Assembly: GCA_964016885.1 (NCBI GenBank)
Contig: OZ024740.1
Location: forward strand, 379,068,001-379,132,000
Length of the DNA: 64,000 nt
DNA from: Eledone cirrhosa
Taxonomy: Eukaryota
Direction of reading: 5' to 3'
Within the stretch, counting starts at the first letter, position 1. Every line of letters starts with the position of its first letter. Below the pieces are notes generated by a model that did no database searches, had not been told where the DNA came from, and saw nothing but the letters and a program-made list of their open reading frames with translations. The position numbers were made by a program, and so were the translations under genes. This document shows positions 14,620 through 29,556 of the stretch, piece by piece.

Positions 14620-15063
14620 AGACAAGACAATACTATATATATATATATATATAGTATTGTCTTGTCTCTTACTCCATGAATAGAGTTTTGGCTTGTGTCA
14701 GACGATGTGACTTCGATTGAACCAGCAGTAACGTTGGTGAGGGTCGAAACTGCCAAAGTCCATCTCAACGGCTGAAGATTCTGAAGTTCTGTGCTCTTCG
14801 TTTGTATTCTTATCTTCAAAAAATAATCTTTTAACATTTTTTAAACTTCGTTTTGTATTGTTTTCGTTCGTTGTCTTGTCTTCTCTTTGTTAATTTTCCT
14901 TCTCATTTTCGTAATGTTTTTTAGCGAATGGTTTTACTGGTTCTTTTGAATATTAATTTCTGTAATTAGAATTAGCGTATCTGTTTAAATGAGTTTGTGT
15001 ATGTATACACATATGTTTATATCTACATATGTATACATATATGTATATATCATATATGTAAAA

Positions 15064-15200
15064 GCGTGTGGCTGAGTGGTTAGAGAATTGGATTCGCAAG
15101 CGTAAGGTTGTGAGTTCGATTCCTGGATCAGGTGATGCGTTATGTCCTTGAGCATGGCACTTTATTTCACGTTGCTCCTTCTACATGGAGTTGCGACCGA
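15064..15200 (+). mobile_element. tRNA-derived SINE of a second family (CORE-like)
   Basis: A-box TGGCTGAGTGG, B-box GAGTTCGATTCC, then TGTCCTTGAGCA.GGCACTTTATTTCAC resembling the CORE-SINE domain. Confidence 0.7.
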
Positions 15201-15230
15201 TAGATAGTAGTAGTAATTGGAAAGACCAAC

Positions 15231-15266
<36 letters not shown>

Positions 15267-15853
15267 GCTGGTTATATATATGTGTATGTGTGTGTGTGTG
15301 TAAATTGATCAGATGGTCGTAGTGACCCACAATAAAAAGAAAATACATCACTGAATACGGAGTAGGTATATTCAATCTACAGTTGCGTACTTTTCTGATT
15401 ATACACTGACACACATGCACACACGTCCGCACACACACACATATATATATGTATATATATATACATATATATATGTGTGTGTATATATATATATATATAC
15501 ACACACATATATATATACAGATAAATAGAAAAGAGACTATTTGAGTATATGCAAATCCTTTCTCCTAGTTCCTCGATTTGGTGGAAACGATAAACTTCAA
15601 TTTGAACACAACTTTGAATAAATAAAATCATTCCACTACATTGCTCAAATGCAATGCAAACTAATCTGAACTAATCTATATAAATATAGAGAGATATCTA
15701 AACACACATTCATCCGCCCCACACATATCTATTTACATACACATGCAAATATATTATATACACATGCATAGATGCCTCCCTCCCTATATATACTGTATAT
15801 ATATATATTCGACTGGTATCTACTTTACTGCAACTACAACTTCGATTTATACC

Positions 15854-15898
<45 letters not shown>

Positions 15899-15899
15899 G

Positions 15900-16217
15900 C
15901 AAAGAAAGTGTGGTAAGAAACCAGGTGGACCATAACTTAGGGTAGTAGAGTGGGTAATAGGAAAAGAGTCAGGAACCCGACGGCTGAGCTCTGGCCGTTT
16001 CAACGGCTAGATTCGAACTGTTAGGATCTAACTGTCGAAACGGCCAGAGCTCACCCGTTGGGGTCTGGCTCTTTTCCTATATATATATATATATATATAT
16101 ATAACAAAGGAAGTGTGGTAAGGGACCAGATGGACCATAACGCACCAGAGTACTCAATACTTAGGGCAGTAGAGTGGGTAATAGGAAAATGTTCAAGAGC
16201 TCTGCCGTCGGGGTCTT
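15900..16217. mobile_element. Two family B fragments, each ending in a fold-back hairpin (inverted repeat 15957-16080)
   Basis: Tail sequence as at 14454 and 34491; arms carry GAAACGGC..AGAGCTC, the 3' half of a hammerhead. Confidence 0.75.
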
Positions 16218-16859
16218 GAACATTTATATATATATATATATGTGTGTGTGTTTTTGTTTGTGTGTGTAATCCAGTAATCTAAATAATGTTTTTTATATAG
16301 TAGGATTTGTGATCGGTGTAGTTGCGTGCTGTTCAAGGCATCGCTAGAGAGATTTTGTGCATTCATGGCACTGTAGAGGCTACTCCTAATTTCTGACATA
16401 GGTTGTGATGCATAACACCAGAGAGGTGAGGATGAGAGAAAATCTAACGAATAGTTGACAGCATCGTTAATATCAACTATATTATCAACTGACTTGCCAC
16501 ATATTGTTTTGATAGCTATTGAATGATGAGAGCATTTATATCTTGTGCTATCTCATTTCGGGGAGCCAGTATGGCATGTTCACGAAGTCACTCATCGCTC
16601 CTATAACTCTATGTAAGACTAGGATAAACTTTCAACAGTATTTCTTCATACGTGTTGATTGTTCCACACTATTGCGATATCTCTACTATTAAGTGATAGA
16701 TACATTGAGAGAGAAGGGAAGGGAGAGAGAGACATACAGAGAGATGCAGAGAGAGAAGGGAAGGGATAGGGAGACATACAGAGAGGGAGGAGAGACAGAG
16801 AGAAGGGGGGAGAGACAGATATATATGAGACACAGACAGAGATAAAGAAAGATAGAGAT

Positions 16860-16864
<5 letters not shown>

Positions 16865-16926
<62 letters not shown>
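16865..16926. repeat. (GA)n microsatellite at the end of a GA-rich tract starting near 16707
   Basis: Read directly. Confidence 0.95.
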
Positions 16927-16928
<2 letters not shown>

Positions 16929-17464
16929 AGACGTTTATCTTATATATATATATATATCATATATAACTTATATATAAAACATTTAACATATCATATTAAT
17001 CTTTAACACTTGGTGGTTGTCTTTAATTAAACCGCAGAATTGCCACGGTGTCAGTTAGTATATAGAAAAGTGATAACACGGATGCAGAAAGGAGAAAATG
17101 AAGGAGTAAAGACGAAAAATGGCAACATATTTTAGAATATTTCTTTATTTTAGAATATTTCTTTATCTCCACTATTGTCAAAATGTTTTGGCTTCTAGTA
17201 CATTAATTTGTCCATGCATATGTGTGCATATGTGTGTTATAAGACTTGTAGTTTCTAGCAATTCATGCTAGATCTTTGGTATTTATGCTCAATGCTTTTT
17301 CGTGGGGAATGGTTTAATGTTTCTATTATTCTGTTGGTGCTGTCAGCCTCATTTCTCCACAGGATTTAACTATTGTCGCTACATCTTTCGTTGTCAACAC
17401 TCGTTGCAGTTCAAGGCGAATATATTTTTGACTTAAAACACATTCACACATACACACGCACACG

Positions 17465-17520
<56 letters not shown>

Positions 17521-17548
17521 TGTGTGTGTATATATATATATATTATAT

Positions 17549-17586
<38 letters not shown>

Positions 17587-18094
17587 GTAATATATGTGTA
17601 TACGTAATATATGTATATATATATATATGTGCGTGTGTGTGTGTGTGTGTATAATGTATTTCTATATATATATACACATATAAATATATCTTTATTTATA
17701 TGTATGTGTGTGTCTGCATGTGCGTGTGTGTGTGTATGCGCGTGGGCATGTGGCTGTTTACGTGTGTGGGTACCTAACTAGTCACATAAGTAGGTAAAGC
17801 AACAATAGAAAGCTTCTTACTGTCTATTTCCAGTTTCTTGACCTACTCAGTGTTCAATGTAATGAAGCTGAAAGTTAACATAAAAAGTATCACAGTGCAA
17901 CATTCATTTCATATCTTACATCGCAGTAAAAATATTGAGCATTATATTCACTAATAGAAAACATGCTTTATTTAAGTAGCCTATTATGATTCCCATAAGC
18001 CACTTTATTTATAGAGACTATCTTTTAAATTGTAGTAAAAATCTTATAAGAACGTAAGTCAGTGCGATATTATTTGTAGTAGTCACAAGAAGGT

Positions 18095-18418
18095 CATGGA
18101 TTCGCAGAATTGTTAGAGCTTTGGAAAAAATATTTTGTATAATTTCTTCCAACTTTTTATGTTCTGAGTTCAAATTCCCCGAGATTCACTTTCAACCTTC
18201 CGGTGTTAATAAAATAAGGTACCAATCAAATACTGGAGTCAGTTTACTTGACTTTAAATTAAAAATTATTATTATTATACGGCCCTTGCCATTTTGAGTT
18301 CAAATCCCGCCGAGGTTAACTTTGCCTTTCATCCTTACGGGGTCGATAAAATAAAGTACCAGTAATACACTGGGTAATTGCTGGCCTTGTGCCTAACGTA
18401 GAAACAATTATTATTATT
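18095..18418 (+). mobile_element. Old SINE copy (about 18095-18240) followed by a young 5'-truncated family S copy (18279-18418)
   Basis: Family S body and tail motifs. Confidence 0.8.
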
Positions 18419-20125
18419 CAGGAGCTCCTTAGACAAAAAGATTTATTCCAGCACAGTCTAGCCCTTTAAAGCTTATTTATTATAGTATGAGAAATCAATT
18501 CATGAAAATATAATTTGTATTAGTAACAGGCTCATATAAAATGTCTTTAGTAGACATTAATATTGTAGCCGTTACTTATTCATTTCAGCATTATTAGTAT
18601 AAAATATATTCTGTAACAATATATGCATTACACGTTAATGTTTCCAAATTTTTGTCGCGTTCAGGCATCGATCGTCCTTAAAAGCTACATGAACAAGAAT
18701 AGTATTTTTCAATTTTTTTACTTATAAATCAGACTAATTATGCGTTTCATGTTTTATAATGCTTGGTTCTGATTTTTACTTAAAGCCAAAGTTACGGCTG
18801 TCGTTCAGCAAGAATAAAAATATAATATTTTAATCCAGGTTTGAAGTCCAGTTCACTGCTAATACACCTGCAACATTCATGAACATTATAACAAGTCAAA
18901 CTAAGAATGGAATCTCAGCACAGTTACTATACCTACTAGGCACAGCCACCAAATGTCACTGATGGACTATCTAATTTTGGGTAAACCATTGTCAAAAGAA
19001 AAAAAATAAGTATTGTTATGGCTTGAATGTTGTTAATCATAGGTCTGCTCGATCAGGGCCCACTCAACTACCCCCCCCCCCAAAAAAAAAAACGAAAACA
19101 AAACTGAATAACATGTCAAATCCTCCTTCGCCCAAAATATAGGCACTTGTTCTCCATAACAAGTAACAAATATTTACCTTAGCATAATTTTATTAAGTAT
19201 TGTGTATCATCATCCCCTTGAGTCCATTGTATAAAGCAGAGACTTTCTACAATGTAGCGTTAAATGTCATCCAGTTTATTAATCAATCACTCTCGTTTTA
19301 TTTTGATGATTCATACGGAAGGAAAATCTGCCAACTTTAAGCGGTCCCCTTTAACACTACAATTTGATCTTGGTTTGCATTTTTTCCTGTGCTCAATGAC
19401 CGAGATGAGCATCAGTTGTATAACTCTCAGCAGTCTAGTAGAACCTGCAAAATTCATGAGCTTTACTCCATCCATATCTGAAAATCAACGTTTCTCATAA
19501 ACACAACTTTTGCTAGAACCTTATGAACGGAACTGTATTTCACAAAATACATTTTATAGTATGAATGATATTCATGAAACGGATTATTTGCATAACTGCA
19601 ACTGGAAATAACTGAGACGGACATAAATATCACCGATTATATTCGTTTGACGCACCAATTATTTCAAATCTAATATGGATAAACACATACACGCACACAG
19701 AGATAGACACACACACACAGACAGATAGACACACACACACACACAGACACACACACACGCACATTCATACGATATGCCATTAGTAAAAACGGTTATCTTT
19801 CTCCTCTCACGTCACGTGTTGTCACTGGTTGCAAACTGTCGTATTAGTAGAATGGGACTCGATTTGAGAGGCAGCTACAATTTTAGCTCTCCGCTGTTCT
19901 GAAGAACTTTTTACCCGTTGATGATGCATTATGCTATGTACTGTCATTATAGAATACATAATCTCTGTCACTGTATAGAATACATAATCAGCTGTCACTG
20001 TCTGATCTGTTCCGTTTTGCAGAAACTAACTGTTAGACTTGATTTGGAAGACTTAGCCAGGTAGTGCTTTAAAGTTAGACATGGCATGGGCCATACTGGC
20101 CGAAACCTATGAAAGTTATCAAAGT

Positions 20126-20272
<147 letters not shown>

Positions 20273-20611
20273 GATATTTTATCCCGGTTTCAGAAAACCT
20301 TTACAATGCAAGTTTGAAACCAGGAATTAAAGGCGTTTACTTCCATTTTGTAATGTAACAGTTTACTAGTTCAAAATTTTACGCAATGTGATAAATCCCA
20401 GAACTGCATGGTATTGAAGTTGAAATTATTTTTGAAAGATGCCATATGCCAGTGTTAATATTATTGAATTATCAATAGTTATTACTGAGTTACCTGAATG
20501 TCAGATATATTCGAAGTATCGCATTACTGATTACTCGATCTGAAAATGTCAATAACATGAATGGTTAAGATTTCTGCTATATATCAGGATTTAGTGAGTT
20601 TCTGCGACGTA

Positions 20612-20830
20612 TTAATGATTTCTAAATTAAGCACAATGCTAGCAATTTGAAGGAAGAGGAAAGTCGATTATATTAACCCCAGTAAGTAACTGGTACTTTA
20701 TATTATCAACATCGGAAGGATGAAATGCAAAGTTGACCTCGGCGATACTTAGAACGTAAAAATAAACTTGGAACAAAGGCTGCAAATCATTTTGTCCGAC
20801 GTTCTAATGATTCTACAAATCAATCGCCCA
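20612..20830 (-). mobile_element. Older family S-related SINE
   Basis: CCCCAGT..CTGGTACTTTA..AAGGATGAAA.GCAAAGTTGACCTCGGCG. Confidence 0.75.
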
Positions 20831-22138
20831 TCAGCTATGTAAATAAGTCTGTGTCGGTGTTTAATCATCACCACTCTGAATAAATTAGATTTAATCATCA
20901 GTTAAACACTTTAAATGCATTGAAAACTGTAAAAATGTAAATTCAAGATGATATAATGAACAATCTTTATATAAATGACGCTAAAATAGAATTATCTTTG
21001 TATGTTAAACTACCTCTGCCAAATGCTCCCGCTTTGGATTGCTGCGACCACTTCAAATACGCAAATGTATCCATAAGATAGCTTTGTTTGTGTATCACTT
21101 TGATTAACAGTGTATAAAACTTCAGTGTCAGATGTAAAAATTACTTAAACAATTTTAGAAATAATGATCCCTTGGCCGGATCTTATTACCTGTTTCAATA
21201 GAATTAAACAGATGAAAAATAAATTTTCCTCTGGACAGTACATTGGCCTACCATAATTAACTATTTCTACAGTTCTGTAAGATAGCAAATTTCTCCTTGA
21301 TTCTTTAATAATGCAATTACCTGACTACCTATCAACAGCTGGACGTTGTAATTGCGAGCATATCGTTAATGATGTGTATTGTTATTAAAGTAGATTGAAG
21401 TATATGGTAATAGACATTTCACAATGCTAGTGAAAGCAAAACCCCACTGATCACTCTAGAAGCATCTCGACTTGGTTATCCAAACTCACTATAAATACTA
21501 ATTAATGGGGTTTTTATTAACTAGCGTACTGTTGATTGAAAACTTATTTAAATATTTCGTTTGATATATTTAGTATTGAGAGACTAGTGAAGTACTTCTG
21601 GAAATGAAAAGTGAAACAGATTATTTTGTGTAGAAACAACTTATATAGCATTTCACTTCAAATTCGGAAGTTGAATCTCCATCTTGTGTATCCAAGAACA
21701 ACCTAAGTAATAGTAATACATAAAAATATGCCTATAAGATATATTCGAAATATTTACTCTTTCCGTCAGGTAAAAGATAAAAGGGAAAACAAAACAAAAC
21801 AGATTTACTTTCGATTTCAACATCGGATCACTAATATTCTTTTTTATTATCAATTTGCTGCCGCGTTACATTCATTCAGTGAATAGGCTTGACATTGCTT
21901 AGATTGAAAGCTATTATCATATTTGAGACATTTTATAGATTATTAACGTATGAATGTTTTTGACATCAAAAATACTGAATAGACTTACAACGCAGTTGTA
22001 ATGTTTGTGGAAGTACTTCAAACGTTTGTGAACATCATAACTGTAATATAACTAATGCCTGGGGGATTTAGAAGGATTCCACTCCTAAGTCAATGGGAAA
22101 TCCTTACATATGTGAGTATATTTACACACACACATACT

Positions 22139-22236
<98 letters not shown>

Positions 22237-25200
22237 ATATATATATATATATATATATCCAAATTTGTTATTAATTTACATTTATGATAGAATAAATATC
22301 TCTAGATATTGGTGGTATTTATTAAGGAACAAAGGTCAAAGAACTGTGTAAATCTCCATAAAGCATTCATTTAGTACTTCAAATATCAAAAGCTATGGAG
22401 TGGCAGAGATGATAGATTGCAGAACAAAACGCATTGATGCATTTGGTTACATTCGTAGTTGGAATTCACCAGGGACGACTAAACCTTTTACCCCAATGAG
22501 ATCGGTAAAGTAGCTACTGACAATAAAATACATTCAATCGATTATTCTTCTGTCCGTACAAATTGCTGGCATCGTGTCAATGTCAAAAATTAATATTTCA
22601 AGCAGCATGTTGTAAGGTTAGTATTGTGGAACTCAGTTTTAACCTAAGTTTAATGTTGCACACGCTATTAAAAAAAAATAACATTAAATCTCACACAAAC
22701 TTCTCCATCATTTATACATTTGAAATAGTGTGTCTATGTAAGGAAATTAATATTTCAAACGCTGGTACTTATATTACACAAGAATGGCTTCTTCCTTGAT
22801 TTTCAATATTTCAATTTACCAATCTTATAAATGAAACTATAACCTTTTTGCGCAGATTCGTCACCTCTATGTTTTTCTCATTCTCAGTGTTGATCTGCAG
22901 GCTGGCCTTTCCTTCTGCATTGACTGACATTCAAGCTGAGAACACCCATTTTTTTCTCAGTCAAAGTATAATATCTATGATATATGATCCAATCTATTTT
23001 CCCATTTTAAAGACAGAACGATGTGATTTAAGACAAAAATAAATTTGGTTACATATTCTAGAATATGCATACAGCCTCACACGTAAATTCTATCGTTATT
23101 AACCCCTTCCACATATTCTAAGATATAGCTGTGCATTTACTTTAACTCTGCATAAGTCACCTCAAGATCTGGCTCCAAACAAATAGATTAAAAGTAGCAC
23201 CCACACAATCTTCCTATTGTATCGTTTCGTTTTTAATAATTGAAACAACATGAGGTACAACCAAGCATCACATTCAACAACATAAACATTCCCCGCACAT
23301 AAGACATTAGGGAAAATGTTAAATTAAATGCAGAAAATATCGTCAACATTTACTGAAGATATAATCACGAAAGAAAAGCTGTTACACAAAGGCTCTTAGA
23401 ACAATGGCAGATACTACATTGACCCATCACACACAGATACACATACACATACACATATACACATACACACACAAATTACTGATCACTCAGGGTGAGAGGA
23501 GCAGTGCCTGTAAATCCCTTTCATGGCCATTGAACTGGTGAAACGAAGTTAAAAATTCCCACATAGAAAACCTGATAGGAATGCCGGGAATAGAGTGGAA
23601 TCCGTTAAAGGCACCCAAGGGTGAGATAGAAATAGTAAACATGGTGACGTATTAAGCCTTCCACCGAGTAGCACTATCATAAAATACAATATATTAGAAT
23701 CCGTGGCACATAATCTTCTCTACAATGAAAATAATAAACTTTCAAGCTTACATATTTATACACTTCACATTATCGTATGTTGCACGATATCGACAATCAA
23801 GCAAAGCTACTCTACATACTTAATCCGAATCACATCTATAACAGTTTTGAATACTAACAGGGGTGAGACTCTCTGTGTTCGTTAGACCTTAAGAAAAAGA
23901 GTGGCGCATTAGCTAATGCAGTTCTGGGTACCTCTAAATAACTTTCTACGGGATAATCCCGGCTAAAATGCCTTTCATCATAAATCTACTCAATCAGGCT
24001 TAACGTGGGGCTGAACGTCTACAAAGCGCTACATCCCTCTTAGTATATTAAACATACAGAAACGTAAGGGTGGTATAATTCCCAACACTGTACTGTGGTG
24101 CACACCATTAATGTTAAGTGTTGAGAAACAACAACTATCGCCCCCCAAACGTTTAATCAAGGTAAGGCGGAATACACAGAATGATCTAGCCAATGCATGG
24201 TAAATCAGTAGCAATAAATCTGTAGATCCTGCATTCGATCTTCTGCATATGTGCAATTGTCTTGCTTGATCGAGGTTAAAGAAGAAAAATAACACTTTTT
24301 ATTTGAAGCTAAAGTTAAACTGTAAAAAGCGATTGAACTGGCGTCTTCCACTCCTAGTAATTACGTTATCGACGACGTAATACTGTCACTCTCCATCTCA
24401 ATCTTATATTTATTCAGTTGTTAAAAATATATCTTACTGATTATATGGTATATAGTAACTTTGACATCTCTTTGATGCTTTTTTTATAACTTTTCACACT
24501 GACAAGTTTTAAGATATATATCTGACATTTCTGTTGAAAATTCTACCATTGACAAACATATATTTTGGTTGCACTTTGGTTGAACTTCCGTTATTGAAAA
24601 TGTTTGTTTATATTTCTAGTGAAAAACGTATTCTCGATTCTGTTTCCTTCCCAAAAAGCTATTCTATATATTTTGTCTATGTGTCATTTTATATCTAAAA
24701 TGATACATTTATCGATAAGATTGGTATTAGAATCTTTACGAATGAGACACTACTGTCGATATAGTAAATCTATTTATGAGAATAATAGCATTTCGCTAAT
24801 GAAATGGAAAAGAAATGCTAGTAGCAAAGTATGAGAAGCTAACGTTCTGTTACATTCTCTATGCAGCAGAAATTTCCTATTTAAAACAGTTCTTTCATTA
24901 CAATATTTCGTTCTTTTAAATTACATGACCAAAAAACAAAAACAAGCAACACTAAAATATAGTGGAATAAAAGGATATAACAAGAGAAATATAGATCCAC
25001 TGGGGCCACTTGTTTATTTTTGCTGATGAAAATCTCATTCATTCATCAGCAGGCATTCAGCAGGTATCCCCAGAATAGTATAAAAATAATGATTTAATCC
25101 TGCAATTCGAAATATTTTGCCAAAAGGCTTTCCTGTAACAGGTGAAAATCATTTTGTATCAAACTTCAATCAGAAGAAATAATGAGATGATTATTTTCTC

Positions 25201-27179
25201 AAATATTATGTATTTTCTCATAAATGTATTAGCATATCCAGCAGGTTCTATGGTTATGAAAGATGCGTTGACGAAATGTAACAAAAACTTCTCACATCAT
25301 GCAGTCTTAATTCTTATTGGTTGAATATAAACCAACGCATTTTCATAAAGATAGCACTGCAAAAGGTTTATTGTGAAAAGGTACGATCTAAATTTAATAA
25401 ATTCAAAATAAATACGAACCAGTGCGGTTGCCTTTGCTGGTTGCTTGGCTGGATGAAAATATCAACCACATATTTCTAATATCCTTAAAAAGATTGATCA
25501 AGGCTGGAATGACTTTCATTATAAGTTTTCTCGACCAGGGTAGACCTAGAGTTAAACAACAAAATTAAAAATGATAATAGGAAATTTGAACATTCGTTCC
25601 GTGTGTACTGGTGCCGATATATCAAGAGAAGAATTGTGTATGCTTATTAATCGAGACCTTAATTATTGACAAGTCATAGTCGCCATTAGCATTATACGTA
25701 TCAAATTTATATTTTTTATATTTATTATTAATTATTATTAATTTTGTTGTTGCTTTTCCTTTTTGCTTCCAAGAGGCAACGTTATTATGATTAGTTGCAT
25801 GGGGTACAATTACAAATCCAGATCTGTATTAGCCGTTTAATTAGAATATCAATTCCATTTTTCTTATCTGGTCTCTTTCATTATACTGAGATCATGCTAC
25901 ACAAACTTAAACATAGTTATGGATGTAACTGGAAAACTGAATACAACGTGCTTTTTCTCAATTTATTTTCCATTTCTCCCTCTTCTGACTATACTCTATA
26001 TTTATATTTCTTCTTTTATTTCTCATTCTATCTTCTAATGCAAGACCAATGTCTGAAACGTTGAGACACTTACTATACCAAGCGTTAAACTATTACACAT
26101 CTTCATTGTACGGTATCGTTTGCTGTATTATTATTCTATGCTACATAGATATACTTAGTAGTAATAAAACACATAGGCTAGATTTCTATAATTCCTTTTA
26201 TTACGTAATTAGCCATAATACGAATTTCCATGGTGTCATTATTACGTCTTGATGCTATAATGTCTTCAGATAGCCTCTTAGACAATACATTTATTATGTA
26301 CTCCATTTCTATTGATATGGAGACAAACTTGCTTTCGATGTTATTATTTCAAAGGTCTCAACATCGAAAGCTGGACAATAGTTCCTTTATAGCATAATGG
26401 TGTAGCAATGTCACCACATAAATGCGTAATATGGATTATTATTTAATAAAAGAAATTATGGAAGTTTAACCTTTGTATTTTATTATTACGTATACTCCCT
26501 TTTGTACTGCCCATGCGATACCATCTCGGTATTTGAAAGATAGATATGTCGTTGGGTTCTTTTTCTTAATTACTCTATTATCTGTTTATGTTTGCTGTAA
26601 TCCAGTAAATAATTAATTAATCGTTGTAATTTACATTTGATGATGTCAGAAAAAGTCTTACGTCAGGATCTGATGACCATAGAAATACGTATTTTGAAGT
26701 TTAGTGCTTAATCAGTTCATTTTTTACGTTCGTTTCAGAAAGGTGATTGATCATGATAAATCGATACAGTGACTAATCGATAGTAGTTACGTAACACCAT
26801 ATTATTTGTCCCGATACTATAGATTCCTCTCACCGCCTTCGTTAGTAACAATTACATATATATTAGATATCCTAATTTACGCAGTATTGAACATGAATAT
26901 GTATTACTTAATAAATTACACTAACGACGATTGAATATTATGCAAATGACACTGACTATTTCGGCTAAGTCCTAGTTTGTGTTTGATATAAATAAGGCGT
27001 TCTTCTTGATCAGAATAAGTAGTTCAATTTTGGGTGAACGGCTAATTAATTGTAAAACATATAAAGGTTTTTCTGAGTAGGAAGAGAGAAATTTGAATTT
27101 TCACAGCGTCTCTTAAAAAATTTAGATATACTTACAGTGCGTTTAACTCACATTTTCTAATACACACTCAGATGTGAGC

Positions 27180-27229
<50 letters not shown>

Positions 27230-27757
27230 ATACTTGGGGAGGGTCATATTTGTGTAATATTGCCAGAATTAATAACAGAACACACTCACTGTTTGGTTGG
27301 TTTTCGCTTCTCGCTTCTGTGTCTTTTATATCGGTAATCTAACTTACTCGGTCCTCAATGTTGCCATTGACTGACCGACGGTCAAAAATAATACAGATAC
27401 AATATAGACACAAACACATATATATAGTTTATCATAAATTTTTCGTTGCACATCTGCAACATCGTCAGTGGTGCTATCGTTTCCTCCTGTTGTATTGTAT
27501 GTCTACGCCATTTTTATTCAGTCTGTCTATCTATTTATTTATTTATTTGCTTGTTTGTTTATTTTATTTTGTCTTCTTTGCGCATGCGTTTGCGTGTGTG
27601 TATAGTGTTTTGTTTGCTGTGTGATAGGTGACTAGTGTGTGTTTATGTGCTTGTTGTTATTGTGCTTGTGTATGTATTTATTTATTTATTTATTTAAGAA
27701 TATTTGTTTCGACACACGATTTCATATAAAAAACCTCGCAAAACTAATTCATCGCCG

Positions 27758-27829
<72 letters not shown>

Positions 27830-27834
<5 letters not shown>

Positions 27835-28305
27835 AGTTATATATTAATATATATGATAAACACATACGTGTTTGTATTGTAAGAGACAAAGTTAGCTAGA
27901 ACGAAATAAACTAATTAAAGTGAATACAATTTGTCTGTCTCGATATAAGTCAATAAAGACAAGCTTATATTGGCAAAAGCCGTGATTCCTGGACAAATTT
28001 AAATTTCAAAATCCAAACCTGCTCCGTAGATGAATTTGAACTTTGAAGCCTAAATATGTTTCGCAACGATGCGAAACATATTTAGGCTTCGAAGTTCAAA
28101 TTCATCTACGGAGCAGGTTTGGATTTTGAAATTTAAATTTGTCCAGGAATCACGGCTTTTGCCAATATAAGCTTGTCTTTATTGACTTATATCGAGACAG
28201 ACAAATTGTATTCACTTTAATTAGTTTATTTCGTTCTAGCTAACTTTGTCTCTTACAATACAAACACGTATGTGTTTATCATATATATTAATATATAACT
28301 TGTAT
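27830..28305. repeat. Near-perfect palindrome, 236-bp arms, 4-nt spacer
   Basis: Arms 27830-28065 and 28070-28305; one mismatch seen (CTTTGAAG vs CTTCGAAG, a CpG-type change). Left arm abuts (TA)n. Confidence 0.95.
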
Positions 28306-28548
28306 TTCACTGCTCGGAAATGCTTCTTTCTTTGAGCTGATTAATTGTAAATGACTTTGAGTTTAAACTCTAAATATAATATAGTATATATATATATATA
28401 TTTATGCAGAAGTTATATTTAATTTGTTGGGATTCAACAAGCTTAAAAGTTTTATAACTGATATAAAGCACTCAAACAGATTACTGGAGTAAATATTCAA
28501 TTTATTAATAAATGGAAACTATATTTATAAAACCATAATTATTTTATT

Positions 28549-28615
28549 TTATTATATTATATATATTTCAAGGGCAACCAAGGCAATTTTGGTGCGCTTT
28601 CATCAGATAAAATAC
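28549..28615 (-). ncRNA. Type I minimal hammerhead ribozyme motif
   Basis: Minus strand: TATTTTAT-CTGATGA-AAGcGCACCAA aattgcc TTGGtTGCcCTT-GAAA-T ATAT A-TA-ATATAATA. Long stem II, palindromic stem III, AUA triplet, AU-only stem I with one mismatch. Confidence 0.6.
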
Positions 28616-28680
28616 AAAATATGTTTTATAAATGTTGACATACCCGTAGAAAAACAACCTTGACGGTTGAAGGTTCGCTT

Positions 28681-28812
28681 ATAATTGTTTCTACTTTTGG
28701 CACAAGGCCAGCAATTACCCAGTACATTACTGGTACTTTATTTTATCGACCCCGTACGGATGAAGGGCAAAGTTAAACTCGGCGGGATTTGAACTCAGAC
28801 CATAAAGGGCCG
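28681..28812 (-). mobile_element. 5'-truncated family S SINE joined to the PLE endonuclease fragment
   Basis: Family S body and tail; junction at 28812/28813. Confidence 0.88.
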
Positions 28813-29204
28813 TATGCAAGCAGAGAGAAAACAAGTCAGTGCGTCTATTTATTATAGAATCTAAATTAGATATAATGGTAAATTTTTCATTTAGACAGAG
28901 ATTGCAAGTCTTGGATAGAGAACTGTTCAAGTATGAAGAAGCAGAAGAAACCTTTTTCGAAGAGATGTTATATTTAATATTTTTGTCTTTCAAGGACCAT
29001 ATGATTTCTGAGAGAGCCGTGTTGGTTCTTTTAAGTTGGTATTTAAAAGACGAATGATGATTATAAAGACGAGCTTTAAAGTTATAACTGACACCAATTC
29101 CTTCACCTATTTTGGCTCCACTTCCACCTCCTTCAAAGCTCGTCTTTATAATCATCATTCGTCTTTTAAATACCAACTTAAAAGAACCAACACGGCTCTC
29201 TCAG
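28813..29204. mobile_element. Penelope-like element GIY-YIG endonuclease fragment with internal inversion
   Basis: Plus 29078-29204 reads KVITDTNSFTYFGSTSTSFKARLYNHHSSF..TALS. Minus 29077-28813 reads KARLYNHHSSF..TALSEIIWSLK..CNLCLNEK..INRRTDLFSLCLH, matching the PLE GIY-YIG pattern. 70-bp inverted arms at 29008-29077 and 29135-29204. Confidence 0.88.
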
Positions 29205-29491
29205 GATACCAGCCTGGAGGATAAGGGTTTAGGCGAGGGTAGTTGTCTTCAGTCACAATGGTACATATATTCTGCATTGTTTTTTAGATCTGTATTATAA
29301 TCATTACAAAACACTTATGATGAAAGACGTTCGAACTGTGAGCATCGTTGCATATATTATCATATATGTCCTTTCTTTTTTCTTAGAGTGTGATTTATGG
29401 GGAATTGGTTGCTATTTTTTTAGGGGAAGTACACACGCACAGGTTTCTATTTTTTATTCTTTGTTGTGCAACTGTTACTATATCGAATCTC

Positions 29492-29556
<65 letters not shown>

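Noticed and set aside
14690-14766. CAGACGA..GTCGAAAC..GTC as a hammerhead
   Set aside because: Core is mutated and stems I and II do not close in register; at most a decayed relic.
25022-25052. TGCTGATGAA..TTCATCAGCA
   Set aside because: A simple 10-bp hairpin with no hammerhead architecture.
26660-26700. CTGATGA-ccata-GAAA-tacgta as a hammerhead
   Set aside because: No stem II, and stem I is out of register.
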